Origin: an uncultured Clostridia bacterium
GTDB taxonomy: Bacteria; Bacillota; Clostridia; TANB77; UBA1234
Direction: 5' to 3'
Assembly (NCBI GenBank): GCA_947588905.1
Contig: CANQBB010000002.1
Coordinates: 170 to 64,169, forward strand
DNA: 64,000 bases
The notes below the pieces were generated by a model. That model was not told where the DNA came from. It worked only from the letters and a program-made list of their open reading frames with translations, and did no database searches. A program made the translations under genes and the position numbers. Below, in pieces: positions 55,095 through 64,000 of this stretch (positions are counted from its first letter, which is position 1; every line of letters starts with the position of its first letter).

Positions 55095-56519
55095 ATGGGA
55101 CTAAAAATTTATAATACTTTTACTAGAAACAAGGAAGATTTTAAACCTATTTCAGAGGGAAATGTTGGTATGTATGTTTGTGGACCAACTGTTTATGGAC
55201 CACCACATGTTGGCCATGCAAGAAGTTATGTGGTATTTGATCTATGGTATAGATATTTTTTATATAAAGGATATAAAGTAAAATATGTTCAAAATATTAC
55301 TGATGTTGGACACCTAGTTGGAGATAGAGACGAAGGAAAAGATAAAATTCAAACAAAAGCTATTGCAGAACAACTAGACCCAGTTGCAGTAGCATATAAA
55401 TATGAAAATATGTATTTTGATTGCATGAGAAAACTAAACGTTTTAAAACCAACAATAAGTTGTCGTGCAACAGGTCATATAATTGAAATTATTATGGCTG
55501 TTCAAACATTGATAGATAAAGGTTATGCATATGTGACTGATCAAGGAAATGTTTATTATGATGTTAGAAAATTCAAAGACTATGGAAAACTTTCTGGAAG
55601 AACTTTAGATGATAATGTCTCAGGAGAAAGAATAGAAATTGCTGATGATAAAAGAAATCCAGAGGATTTTGCGTTATGGAAAAAAGCAGATGAAGACCAT
55701 CTAATGAAATGGCCATCACCTTGGGGAGAAGGATATCCAGGATGGCATATTGAATGTAGTGTAATGTCTAGAAAATATTTAGGCGATACATTTGATATTC
55801 ATGGTGGGGGTGTTGATAATATTTTTCCACATCATGAATGTGAAATTGCCCAATCAGAAGCTATTACAGGAAAACCATTTGTAAATTATTTTGTACATAA
55901 TAATTTAGTTACAACCAATGGACAAAAAATGGGTAAATCATTAGGTAACGTAGTAAATCTAGATGACTTGTTTGAAAAATATGGACCAATGTTTGTTAGA
56001 CTATATATTGTAAAGAATCATTATAGAAGTGTACTTGATTTTTCTGAAGATCGATTAGCAGAAACAAATATAACTTATGAAAAATTTGCTTCTTTAGTAG
56101 AAGAAACTGAAAAATATAAAGAAATCAATTTAGATGGTGTAACATATCCAGATATAGATGATATGAAAACAAGATTTTTAGAAGCTTTAGATGATGATTT
56201 AAATACAGCTGTTGGAATAGCAATATTGCTTGAAATGGTTAAAGAGGCTAATAAAGCAAAAGATAATGATACAAAAAAATTAGCATATATTAGAAAAATA
56301 TTTGATGAATTAGCAGGAAATATATTAGGTCTTAATTTTGAAATTAAAGAAGAAAGCTCTAATGAGAATTTAGATAAACTTGTAAATGGTATAATAGAAA
56401 TTAGAAACGAGTTTAAGAAAAATAAACAATATGAATATGCTGATTTAATCAGAGATAGATTAAAAGAAAATGGTGTTAATATAATTGATACTAAAGAGGG
56501 AGCAAAGATAGAATTTTAA
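55095..56519 (+). CDS. cysS: cysteine--tRNA ligase
   Basis: Class I HIGH (PPHVGHARSY) and KMSKS (KMGKSLGN) motifs and the zinc ligand pattern. Start at the ATG 7 nt after GGAGG; the track's 55080 start is less likely. Confidence 0.95.
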   Translation: MGLKIYNTFTRNKEDFKPISEGNVGMYVCGPTVYGPPHVGHARSYVVFDLWYRYFLYKGYKVKYVQNITDVGHLVGDRDEGKDKIQTKAIAEQLDPVAVAYKYENMYFDCMRKLNVLKPTISCRATGHIIEIIMAVQTLIDKGYAYVTDQGNVYYDVRKFKDYGKLSGRTLDDNVSGERIEIADDKRNPEDFALWKKADEDHLMKWPSPWGEGYPGWHIECSVMSRKYLGDTFDIHGGGVDNIFPHHECEIAQSEAITGKPFVNYFVHNNLVTTNGQKMGKSLGNVVNLDDLFEKYGPMFVRLYIVKNHYRSVLDFSEDRLAETNITYEKFASLVEETEKYKEINLDGVTYPDIDDMKTRFLEALDDDLNTAVGIAILLEMVKEANKAKDNDTKKLAYIRKIFDELAGNILGLNFEIKEESSNENLDKLVNGIIEIRNEFKKNKQYEYADLIRDRLKENGVNIIDTKEGAKIEF

Positions 56520-56520
56520 T

Positions 56521-58065
56521 ATGTATAGATTGAAAGATGTAAAAATTAGAAAAAATATTTCTGATGAAGAAGTATTAGATGTGGCTCTTAAAAAATCTGG
56601 TATTTCTAAAAATGAAGTTACATTTTGGAAAATATATAAAAAATCAATAGATGCAAGAAATAAAGATGATGTACATTTTGTATATACTATAGATGTTGAA
56701 TTAAAAGATAAACAATTGTGTAACGGATTATTAGAAGTTAAAGAATTTAGTTTTCCAGAAATAAAAAATAATAGAAAAAGTAATTTAAGACCTGTAATTG
56801 TTGGGGCCGGTCCTGCTGGATTGTTTGCAGGGTTGATATTAGCTAGATATGGAGCAAATCCAATTATTATTGAACAAGGGAAAACAGTTACAGAAAGAAA
56901 AAAAGATGTTGAAGAATTTAAGAAAACAGGCAAATTAAATATAAATTCAAATGTGCAATTTGGTGAAGGTGGTGCAGGCACTTTTTCTGATGGAAAATTA
57001 AACACAGGGATTAGTAGTCCATATTGCAAATTTGTATTAGAAGAGTTTGTAAAATTTGGAGCACCAAAGCAAATTTTATATGTTAATAAACCTCATGTTG
57101 GAACAGATAATTTAATAAATGTTATACAAAATATGAGAAATGAAATTATAAAACTTGGTGGAACATTTTTATTTAATGAGAAAGTTACAGATTTTGAATT
57201 TGAAAATAATGCATTAAAAGCAATAATATGTAGTAAAAGAATAGAAACAGATACAGCCATTCTTGCAATAGGACATAGTTCAAGAGATACATTTGAAAAA
57301 CTATATAATATTGGAATAAATATGGAGGCAAAAAGTTTTTCGGTGGGAGCGAGAATAGAGCATAAGCAAGAACTAATAAATAAAAGTCAATATGGAGATA
57401 AAACAAAACTTGATTTACCACCTGCAGAATATAAACTCGTTTATCATGCAAAGGATAGAACATTATATACATTTTGCATGTGTCCGGGAGGAGAAGTTGT
57501 TGCATCTTCAAGTGAAGAGGGCACAATAGTTACTAATGGAATGAGTAATTTTGCAAGGGATGGTAAAAATGCAAATAGTGCAATTTTAGTTGGAGTAAAT
57601 CCAGAAGATTTTGATGGAGAATCTCCACTTAGAGGAATGTACTTTCAAAAGGAGATAGAAGAAAAAGCTTTTGAGGTTGGTGGAGGAGATTATAAAGCTC
57701 CAGTACAACGTGTTGAAGATTTCTTAAATAAAAAAATTACTACTAAATTTGGAAATGTTAAACCAACATATTTACCAGGAGTAAAGATGGCAGACTTACA
57801 TGAAATATTACCTAAATATATTACTGATACAATGGAAGAAGGATTAAAATATTTTGATAGTAAGCTTAAAGGATTTGCTGATAAAGATGCTATTTTGACT
57901 GGAGTAGAAACTAGAAGTTCTTCACCAGTTAGAATTCTTAGAGATGATAATCTAATGTCAAATATTAAAGGAATTTATCCTTGTGGAGAAGGTGCCGGAT
58001 ATGCCGGAGGCATAATGAGTGCAGCAGTTGATGGTATAAAATGTGCTTTAAAAATTTTAGAATAA
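56521..58065 (+). CDS. FAD-dependent protein (COG2509-type uncharacterised flavoprotein / NAD(FAD)-utilising dehydrogenase)
   Basis: 514 aa. Rossmann motif VIVGAGPAGLFAG and the domain layout typical of this family. Starts 1 nt after the cysS stop. Confidence 0.75.
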   Translation: MYRLKDVKIRKNISDEEVLDVALKKSGISKNEVTFWKIYKKSIDARNKDDVHFVYTIDVELKDKQLCNGLLEVKEFSFPEIKNNRKSNLRPVIVGAGPAGLFAGLILARYGANPIIIEQGKTVTERKKDVEEFKKTGKLNINSNVQFGEGGAGTFSDGKLNTGISSPYCKFVLEEFVKFGAPKQILYVNKPHVGTDNLINVIQNMRNEIIKLGGTFLFNEKVTDFEFENNALKAIICSKRIETDTAILAIGHSSRDTFEKLYNIGINMEAKSFSVGARIEHKQELINKSQYGDKTKLDLPPAEYKLVYHAKDRTLYTFCMCPGGEVVASSSEEGTIVTNGMSNFARDGKNANSAILVGVNPEDFDGESPLRGMYFQKEIEEKAFEVGGGDYKAPVQRVEDFLNKKITTKFGNVKPTYLPGVKMADLHEILPKYITDTMEEGLKYFDSKLKGFADKDAILTGVETRSSSPVRILRDDNLMSNIKGIYPCGEGAGYAGGIMSAAVDGIKCALKILE

Positions 58066-58121
58066 TTGATTTATTACTTCTGAAAAAGTATTGATATAAT
58101 AATAAAGAAAGGAATAAAATT

Positions 58122-59108
58122 ATGGATAAAAAAAGAGTATTAACAGGACTACAACCAACTGGTGTTATAACATTAGGAAATTATATTGGTGCTATAAAGC
58201 AAATGATAGAGTGTCAAGAAAAATATGATTCCATTTTATTTATAGCAGATATGCATGCGATAACAGTTCCGATAGATGCAGATACTTTAGCTAAGAACAT
58301 TAGACAGCTTATCGCACTTTATATTGCTTGTGGAATTGACCCAAAAAAGAATACAATATTTTTACAATCAGAAAATGAGTATCATGCTAATATATCTTGG
58401 ATGTTAGAGTGTAATACATATTATGGTGAATTAAGTAGAATGACACAATTTAAAGATAAAAGCAAAAAGAGTGCCAATTTTACTGCTGGTTTATTAACAT
58501 ATCCAGTTTTAATGGCAGCAGATATATTGACTTATGACACGGATTTTGTGCCAGTTGGAATTGACCAAAAACAGCATGTTGAGATAGCAAGAGACATTGC
58601 AATAAGATTCAATAAAAAATATGGTGATACATTTAAAATACCTGAACCTCTTATTAGAGAAGAGGGAGTAAAAATAACAGATTTACAAGATCCAACTAAA
58701 AAAATGAGCAAATCTTCTGAAAATCAAAAAGGTGTTATTAGACTTTTAGATGATGTAGATGTTATTAGAAAAAAAATAATGTCTGCAACAACAGATTCTG
58801 TTGGAAAGATAAATTTTGATGTTGATAATCAACCAGGTATTTCAAATTTAATAAATATTTATATTAGTTTAAAAAATAAAACTAAAGAGGAGGCTTTAGA
58901 GGAATTTTCAAATAGTAATTATGGCAATTTTAAAACTGCAGTTGCAGATGTTGCTGTAAATGAGCTTAAGAAAATTCAAGATAGGTTTAATGAACTAATA
59001 GATAATAAAGAATTAGATGATATTTTAGATGCTGGCAGAGAAAAAACAAGGATGATTGCAAAAGAAAAGTATGATATAATGAAACAAAAGATTGGACTTA
59101 GAAGATAA
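58122..59108 (+). CDS. trpS: tryptophan--tRNA ligase
   Basis: 328 aa. LTGLQPTG...GNYIG (HIGH-like) and KMSKS (KMSKS at about aa 195) motifs. Confidence 0.92.
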   Translation: MDKKRVLTGLQPTGVITLGNYIGAIKQMIECQEKYDSILFIADMHAITVPIDADTLAKNIRQLIALYIACGIDPKKNTIFLQSENEYHANISWMLECNTYYGELSRMTQFKDKSKKSANFTAGLLTYPVLMAADILTYDTDFVPVGIDQKQHVEIARDIAIRFNKKYGDTFKIPEPLIREEGVKITDLQDPTKKMSKSSENQKGVIRLLDDVDVIRKKIMSATTDSVGKINFDVDNQPGISNLINIYISLKNKTKEEALEEFSNSNYGNFKTAVADVAVNELKKIQDRFNELIDNKELDDILDAGREKTRMIAKEKYDIMKQKIGLRR

Positions 59109-59207
59109 AAAATTAAAGAATTTTTACAGATATATTGACATATTATTTAAAAGATATTATACTGTACTAGTACAGATAGTACAAATATAGAAAAGGAAGA
59201 TAAAAAT

Positions 59208-60452
59208 ATGAAAACTCTACAAATACTGGATGGTATCCAAAACATATTATCATTTTTTCTAATGTTCTTTGCAATTTATCAATTAGTCATATGGCTATTT
59301 GCGTATGCAAAACCAATTAAAAAGAATAAATTTACTAGAAAAAAGCATAGGTTTATGGCTGTAATATCTGCTAGAAATGAAGAAAAGGTTATAGCTGGGC
59401 TAATCCAAAGTATAAAGGCTCAGAAATATCCTAAAAATAAAATCGATATATATGTTATAGCAGATAACTGTACTGATAATACTGCTCAAATAGCCAAAGC
59501 AGAAGGTGCTATTGTATATGAAAGATTTAACCAAATAAAGAAGAGCAAAGGATATGCATTGGAATGGTTTTTTGATATCGTTCTAGATGAATTTCCAGAT
59601 AAGTATGATGCTTTTTGTGTATTTGATGCAGATAATGTTGTTTCACCAAACTTTTTCGAAAAAATGAATGATAAGCTTTGTGAAGGCGAAGTAATTGTTC
59701 AAGGTTATAGAGATATTAAAAATGTAGGTGATAACTGGATTACAGCAAATTATGCGATTTTCTACTGGACAATGAATAGATTTTATCATCTTGCAAGATA
59801 TAATTTAGGATTATCTCCTTTAATAAATGGTACTGGATTTATGGTTGCAATGTCGGTTATTAAAGAAAATAATGGCTGGCATACTAACACATTAACAGAA
59901 GACATAGAGTTTTCATTAAAATCAATTGCACGTGGTCATAAAATTGGTTGGGCAAAAGATGCGGTTGTATATGATGAGCAACCAGTTGGCTTTGGGCAGT
60001 CATGTAATCAACGTATGCGTTGGTCAGTTGGACATATACAATGTTTAAAAGCATGTATGCCTGAACTTTTAAATACAAAAAGACTAACAGCAGTAATTTT
60101 AGATACAATTATATATACTATGTGTATGCCAATTGTAATATTATCTTTAATCATTAGCTGTATTGATTTTATAAAATATTTTGCTATGCCTATAAGGCAA
60201 GGTGCAATGTTTTTAACAGGTAAATTTGAATTTGGAGTATTATTTATAATTACTACTATTTTACAAGCAATATTAGTTGTAGTGCTAGAAAAGAAAGACT
60301 TTAAAAAAGCATGGAAAGGAATTATTACATATCCAATATTTTTAAGTACATGGTTTATTATAAATGTTGGAGCATTCTTTAATACAAAAATGGCATGGAA
60401 ACAAATTGAACATGTTAGAGATGTGAAAATAGATGAAATTATACAAAAATAA
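59208..60452 (+). CDS. glycosyltransferase family 2 membrane protein (processive beta-glycan synthase-like, IcaA/PgaC/cellulose-synthase-like)
   Basis: 414 aa. N-terminal transmembrane helix, GT-A domain with D, DxD (FDADN) and QxxRW (QRMRWSVG) motifs, and C-terminal transmembrane helices. Confidence 0.75.
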   Translation: MKTLQILDGIQNILSFFLMFFAIYQLVIWLFAYAKPIKKNKFTRKKHRFMAVISARNEEKVIAGLIQSIKAQKYPKNKIDIYVIADNCTDNTAQIAKAEGAIVYERFNQIKKSKGYALEWFFDIVLDEFPDKYDAFCVFDADNVVSPNFFEKMNDKLCEGEVIVQGYRDIKNVGDNWITANYAIFYWTMNRFYHLARYNLGLSPLINGTGFMVAMSVIKENNGWHTNTLTEDIEFSLKSIARGHKIGWAKDAVVYDEQPVGFGQSCNQRMRWSVGHIQCLKACMPELLNTKRLTAVILDTIIYTMCMPIVILSLIISCIDFIKYFAMPIRQGAMFLTGKFEFGVLFIITTILQAILVVVLEKKDFKKAWKGIITYPIFLSTWFIINVGAFFNTKMAWKQIEHVRDVKIDEIIQK

Positions 60453-60456
60453 AATG

Positions 60457-60487
60457 AAAGAGCCATGCTAAGCATGGCTTTTTTAAA
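60457..60487 (+). terminator. intrinsic terminator (AGCCATGC-TAA-GCATGGCT + T-run)
   Basis: An 8-bp perfect stem plus TTTTTT. Confidence 0.7.
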
Positions 60488-60496
60488 TACTTTTAA

Positions 60497-61231
60497 TTGG
60501 ATGAGGATACTATGAGTAGAAAAGAAAAAATAAAAATATTTAAAATTTCATTGATGGCTATTGTTATTTTAATTGCAATAATATTAGTTATATTTTTGGC
60601 TCCTGTTATGAAGAATTTAAGTACACTTGAAGGACAGCTTGCTTTTAAAAATAAAGTTTCAAGAATGGGAATATGGGGAGTATTGTTATTGTTTGGATTG
60701 CAACTTGCTCAAATATTTTTAATTGTACTTCCTGGAGAACCTATGGAATTATTAGCTGGAATGTGTTATGGAGGTTTATGGGGAACTGTATTTATAACGG
60801 TTACAGTTGCATTAACAACAACATTGATTTTCTTTTTAGTTAGAAAACTTGGAAGAAAATTTGTAAATGATTTTTGTGAAGAAGGAAAAGTAAACAAAAT
60901 TATGAATAGTAAATTATTTAAGAATCCTAAAAAAGTTGAACTAATAATGATTATATTATTTTCAGTACCTGGCACACCAAAGGATTTATTAGTTTATTTA
61001 GGTGGGTTGTTACCAGTAAAACCTCTTAAATTTATTTGTATATCTACCTTTGTTAGATTTCCTTCTGTAATTTCCTCAACACTTGCGGGAGCATATTTGG
61101 TAGTGGGTAATTGGAAATTAAGTTTAATGACATATGCTATTGTTTTACTTATAGTTTTGATACTATTATTTGTAATAAATTTATTTGATAAAAATAAAAC
61201 AACAGAAGAAGTTATAAAAACAATGAAATGA
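60497..61231 (+). CDS. TVP38/TMEM64-family (DedA-related) membrane protein
   Basis: 244 aa, multi-pass membrane protein with the characteristic ...LPGEPMELLAGMCYG... segment. Confidence 0.7.
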   Translation: MDEDTMSRKEKIKIFKISLMAIVILIAIILVIFLAPVMKNLSTLEGQLAFKNKVSRMGIWGVLLLFGLQLAQIFLIVLPGEPMELLAGMCYGGLWGTVFITVTVALTTTLIFFLVRKLGRKFVNDFCEEGKVNKIMNSKLFKNPKKVELIMIILFSVPGTPKDLLVYLGGLLPVKPLKFICISTFVRFPSVISSTLAGAYLVVGNWKLSLMTYAIVLLIVLILLFVINLFDKNKTTEEVIKTMK

Positions 61232-61350
61232 AACAAGGGGACGGAGCAAACTTTCAATTTTGTTGCAATAATGAATTTGTAACGAAGGAAAAAGAAAAAA
61301 ATTGAAAGTTTGCTCCGTCCCCTTGTTTCAACTCCCGTCCCCTTGTTTCA
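61227..61350. repeat. palindromic intergenic element, copy C (ATGAAACAAGGGGACGGAGCAAACTTTCAATTTTG ... AATTGAAAGTTTGCTCCGTCCCCTTGTTTCA + extra CTCCCGTCCCCTTGTTTCA + T-run)
   Basis: Same arms as copies A and B. It overlaps the stop codons of two convergent genes (61231 and 61348). Confidence 0.8.
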
Positions 61351-61983
61351 TTTTTTGGAAACTTTAATAATTGCAATTTTTTTCTTAAATAGTTTTTTAT
61401 ATATTATAAATAGTATGAATAATATTCCTAAAATTATATAAATAATATTAGAATATTCTTTGAAATATAATAAAATATTTTGCCAAGATTCTCCTGCAAA
61501 TGCTCCTAAAGAAACAAGAATAATATTCCATATTGCAGATCCTAGTATAGTAAAAATCATAAAAAAAGAAAAGTCCATGTCACTCATACCTGCTGGTATA
61601 GAAATTAAACTTCTAATTATTGGAATAAATCTACAAAAGAAAACAGAATATTTTCCTTTTTCTAAAAACCATTTTTCTGACTTTTCAATATTATCTATTT
61701 TGAAATGTAATAAATGTCCTAATTTTCCATTAACTAATTTATATAAATTATTTCTATTTAATAATTTTCCTATGTAATATAAAATTATTGCTCCAACAAC
61801 ACTACCAATAGTTGAAAAAACTGTGACACCCCAAATAGTTAGTTGTGTATGAGTTGTGAGAAATCCACTAAATGTTAATATAACTTCGGATGGAATTGGT
61901 GGAAACAAATTTTCTATTGCAATTAGTATAGCTATACCAATATATCCAAAACGATTCATAATTGCTACAATTAAATTAAGCAA
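61348..61983 (-). CDS. DedA-family membrane protein
   Basis: 211 aa. The N-terminus GYIGIAILIAIENLFPPIPSEVIL is the DedA signature. Multi-pass. Confidence 0.8.
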   Translation of the reverse strand: MLNLIVAIMNRFGYIGIAILIAIENLFPPIPSEVILTFSGFLTTHTQLTIWGVTVFSTIGSVVGAIILYYIGKLLNRNNLYKLVNGKLGHLLHFKIDNIEKSEKWFLEKGKYSVFFCRFIPIIRSLISIPAGMSDMDFSFFMIFTILGSAIWNIILVSLGAFAGESWQNILLYFKEYSNIIYIILGILFILFIIYKKLFKKKIAIIKVSKK

Positions 61984-62048
61984 AAAAAATCACTCCTTTA
62001 GCTATATAATTTTATGCTAAATAGAGTGATTATTATTACTAAAACGGT

Positions 62049-62705
62049 TTATATTACATAGAAAAATATTGAAAAAAATTGTAATATGCTTCCGGCTAAA
62101 ACAAAGAAATGAAATACGGAATGCATATATTTTTTCTTTTTACCAAGTGCATAGAAGATAGCACCAACAGTGTATGCTATACCACCTAGTACTAAGAATA
62201 TTAAGCCGGGTGTGCTCAAACTATTTACTAATGGTTTAATTGCAAATATAACACCCCATCCCATTGCAATATAAGCAAACAATGAAACTTTTCTATATTT
62301 TTTCAAATCAATTGCGTTAAATATAATTCCAATAATTGCTGCTATCCATATTATACCAAATATTGTCCAGCCTAGTGCTCCTCTTAAAGTTACTAAAACA
62401 TAAGGAGTATAAGAACCAGCAATCAACAAGAAAATACTACAATGATCAATAATATTAAATACACGTTTAGCATTATTTACTTTTAATGAATGATATAAAG
62501 TAGACATTGTATATAAAATAATTAGTGTAGTACCATATATAGAGCTAGATACTATTGCATAAGGGTTTCTGTGAATGCTACTAAATACAACACATAAAAC
62601 AAGAGCAGCAATACTTAATAATATACCAATTCCGTGAGATATAGCACTTATCAATTCCTCTCCTAATGTATAATTAGGAATTACAACTTTTTCTTTCAAA
62701 GACAT
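62049..62705 (-). CDS. hemolysin-III / PAQR-family membrane protein
   Basis: 218 aa, 7 transmembrane helices with conserved His motifs (...HCSIFLLIAGSYTPY..., ...HSVFHFFVLAGS...). Confidence 0.85.
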   Translation of the reverse strand: MSLKEKVVIPNYTLGEELISAISHGIGILLSIAALVLCVVFSSIHRNPYAIVSSSIYGTTLIILYTMSTLYHSLKVNNAKRVFNIIDHCSIFLLIAGSYTPYVLVTLRGALGWTIFGIIWIAAIIGIIFNAIDLKKYRKVSLFAYIAMGWGVIFAIKPLVNSLSTPGLIFLVLGGIAYTVGAIFYALGKKKKYMHSVFHFFVLAGSILQFFSIFFYVI

Positions 62706-62707
62706 AT

Positions 62708-64000
62708 TTAATTTGAACCTCCTAATATTTTTTTGATTTCTTCATTTCTCTTAATTTTAGCAGTAGTCGTTTTTATCATAGGTTCTTCAGAAATAATTAA
62801 ATTTTTTATATGTTTATATTTTGGTAAATTCTTATTTATATTTTTAACATCTTCCCATATTTTATTTTTAATATCTGTTTCAGAGAGATTATTTCCAAAA
62901 TCCTTTTTATTATACACTATTTTAATAGAATTAGTCAAATCATTATCTTTTGGCATACCAAAAACCATACATTCTTCTACATAAGGTAAATTAGTGAATA
63001 GTAGCTCTAATTCTTCTGGAAAAATCTTTTTTCCATTTTTTAAAACAATAACATTTTTTTGCCTACCAGTGATATGAAGAAAATCTTTTTTATCTAGATA
63101 TCCTAAATCTCCAGTATAAAACCAACCATCTTTTATTACTTCTTTAGTTGCTTCTTCATCCTCATAGTATCCAAGCATAACATTTGGTCCTTTAGCAATA
63201 ATTTCTCCAATTCCATTTTTATCTGGATTGTTAATTTTAACAGTAACACCTGGAATAGATGTTCCACAAGAACCAATGACATCCATATTTAATGTTGGAG
63301 CAGTAAGAACAGGAGAGGTTTCGGTTAATCCATATCCTGAACTTGTGCGAATTCCAAAATCATTGAAAGCTTTTTGAACTTTTGCATCCAATGCAGATGC
63401 ACCGCTTATAGCCATTCTAAGGCCACCAAGATTATCTATAATTTCTTTAAATAATTTTCTTCTAATATCTATTCCAAAGAATAAAAGAAATTTACTTAAG
63501 GTTAACCCAAATTTTACAGTTTTAGTTTTACCAGTTTTCTCAATATGAGACATTATTTTTTTATACATAGATTCAAGTAAAAGGGGAACGCAAATAAAAG
63601 CAGTTACATGATACTCTTTTAAATTATCTTGAACATGTCGAAGCCCATCACAAAATACATTACAAGAACCACCAGCCAAAAAGTACATTAAACTTAATGC
63701 ACCAAAAGTATGATGAAAAGGTAATAAAGCAAGATTTACATCATCTGGAGTTACATGAATAATTTTTGAAACATCATTAGCAGAAACCAAAATATTAGTT
63801 TGACTAAGCATAACAGCTTTTGCAAGAGATGTTGTTCCAGAAGTAAATAGTATCAAAGACATTTTATTAGGGTCAATTTCTGCATTGATATAATCGATAT
63901 TTCCTTTATTTAATTCTTCTTTTCCTTGAGATAACAAATCTTCAAAGTTTAAAAAATTATTATTAGTTTTTTTCATGCAGATAAAAGTTTTTACACAAGT
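62708..64000 (-). CDS. AMP-dependent synthetase/ligase (long-chain acyl-CoA synthetase-like), N-terminus runs off the window edge
   Basis: AMP-binding motif ILFTSGTTSLAKAVMLS and core motifs (SGYGLTET, TGDLGYLDKKDFLHITGRQKNVI). Full-length members carry about 150 more N-terminal residues, and the frame stays open to position 64000. Confidence 0.8.
   Translation of the reverse strand, partial: TCVKTFICMKKTNNNFLNFEDLLSQGKEELNKGNIDYINAEIDPNKMSLILFTSGTTSLAKAVMLSQTNILVSANDVSKIIHVTPDDVNLALLPFHHTFGALSLMYFLAGGSCNVFCDGLRHVQDNLKEYHVTAFICVPLLLESMYKKIMSHIEKTGKTKTVKFGLTLSKFLLFFGIDIRRKLFKEIIDNLGGLRMAISGASALDAKVQKAFNDFGIRTSSGYGLTETSPVLTAPTLNMDVIGSCGTSIPGVTVKINNPDKNGIGEIIAKGPNVMLGYYEDEEATKEVIKDGWFYTGDLGYLDKKDFLHITGRQKNVIVLKNGKKIFPEELELLFTNLPYVEECMVFGMPKDNDLTNSIKIVYNKKDFGNNLSETDIKNKIWEDVKNINKNLPKYKHIKNLIISEEPMIKTTTAKIKRNEEIKKILGGSN

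Noticed and set aside
56460-57029. 189-aa minus-strand ORF, with 57185..57526
   Set aside because: They are antisense to cysS and the flavoprotein gene, with low-complexity composition.

Overview
This is a low-GC window (about 27-28 % GC), consistent with a Clostridium-like spore-forming Firmicute. Most of it is core chromosome with sporulation and carbon-storage content, and several genes stand out as unusual.

Recognisable genes:
- A cotJA-cotJB-cotJC spore-coat operon.
- A non-classical alpha-glucan (glycogen) cluster: a GT35 phosphorylase co-directional with pyk, a GH57 branching enzyme with a DUF4912 partner, and a GT4 synthase.
- spoIVA, with a sigma-E-like promoter upstream.
- spo0A with a good sigma-A promoter; its upstream neighbours are yigZ and a flavoprotein, not spoIVB.
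- The conserved ireB-ruvX-DUF1292 cluster.
- nfo, cysS, trpS, adhE, a TetR-MMPL-YhgE/Pip-like trio, an ECF sigma module, a D-Ala-D-Ala carboxypeptidase, a DNA glycosylase, DedA/TVP38 and hemolysin-III membrane proteins.
- trmFO, which carries an in-frame TGA.
- A partial AMP-dependent ligase at the right edge.

No rRNA, tRNA, CRISPR array, transposase or integrase was recognised.

Most unusual items:
1. A 2260-aa protein with no signal peptide, built from about 19 tandem 74-aa MucBP-like beta modules, sitting inside the glycogen cluster.
2. An 823-aa protein upstream of ireB/ruvX with a receiver-like N-domain, eleven tandem 16-aa (48-bp) charged repeats, and a degenerate ParA/MinD/CpaE-like C-domain.
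3. A palindromic GGGGACGGAGCAAACTTTCAATTTTG intergenic repeat family at three loci, one of them a tandem array of roughly 32-nt units.
4. A 40-55 % GC islet just downstream of spo0A, encoding a membrane-anchored MBL-fold hydrolase with a Pro/Thr linker.
5. A GC-elevated, terminator-bounded two-gene cassette of unknown function (204 aa plus overlapping 68 aa).
6. A tandem duplication of an XRE regulator in which one copy has lost its ATG.
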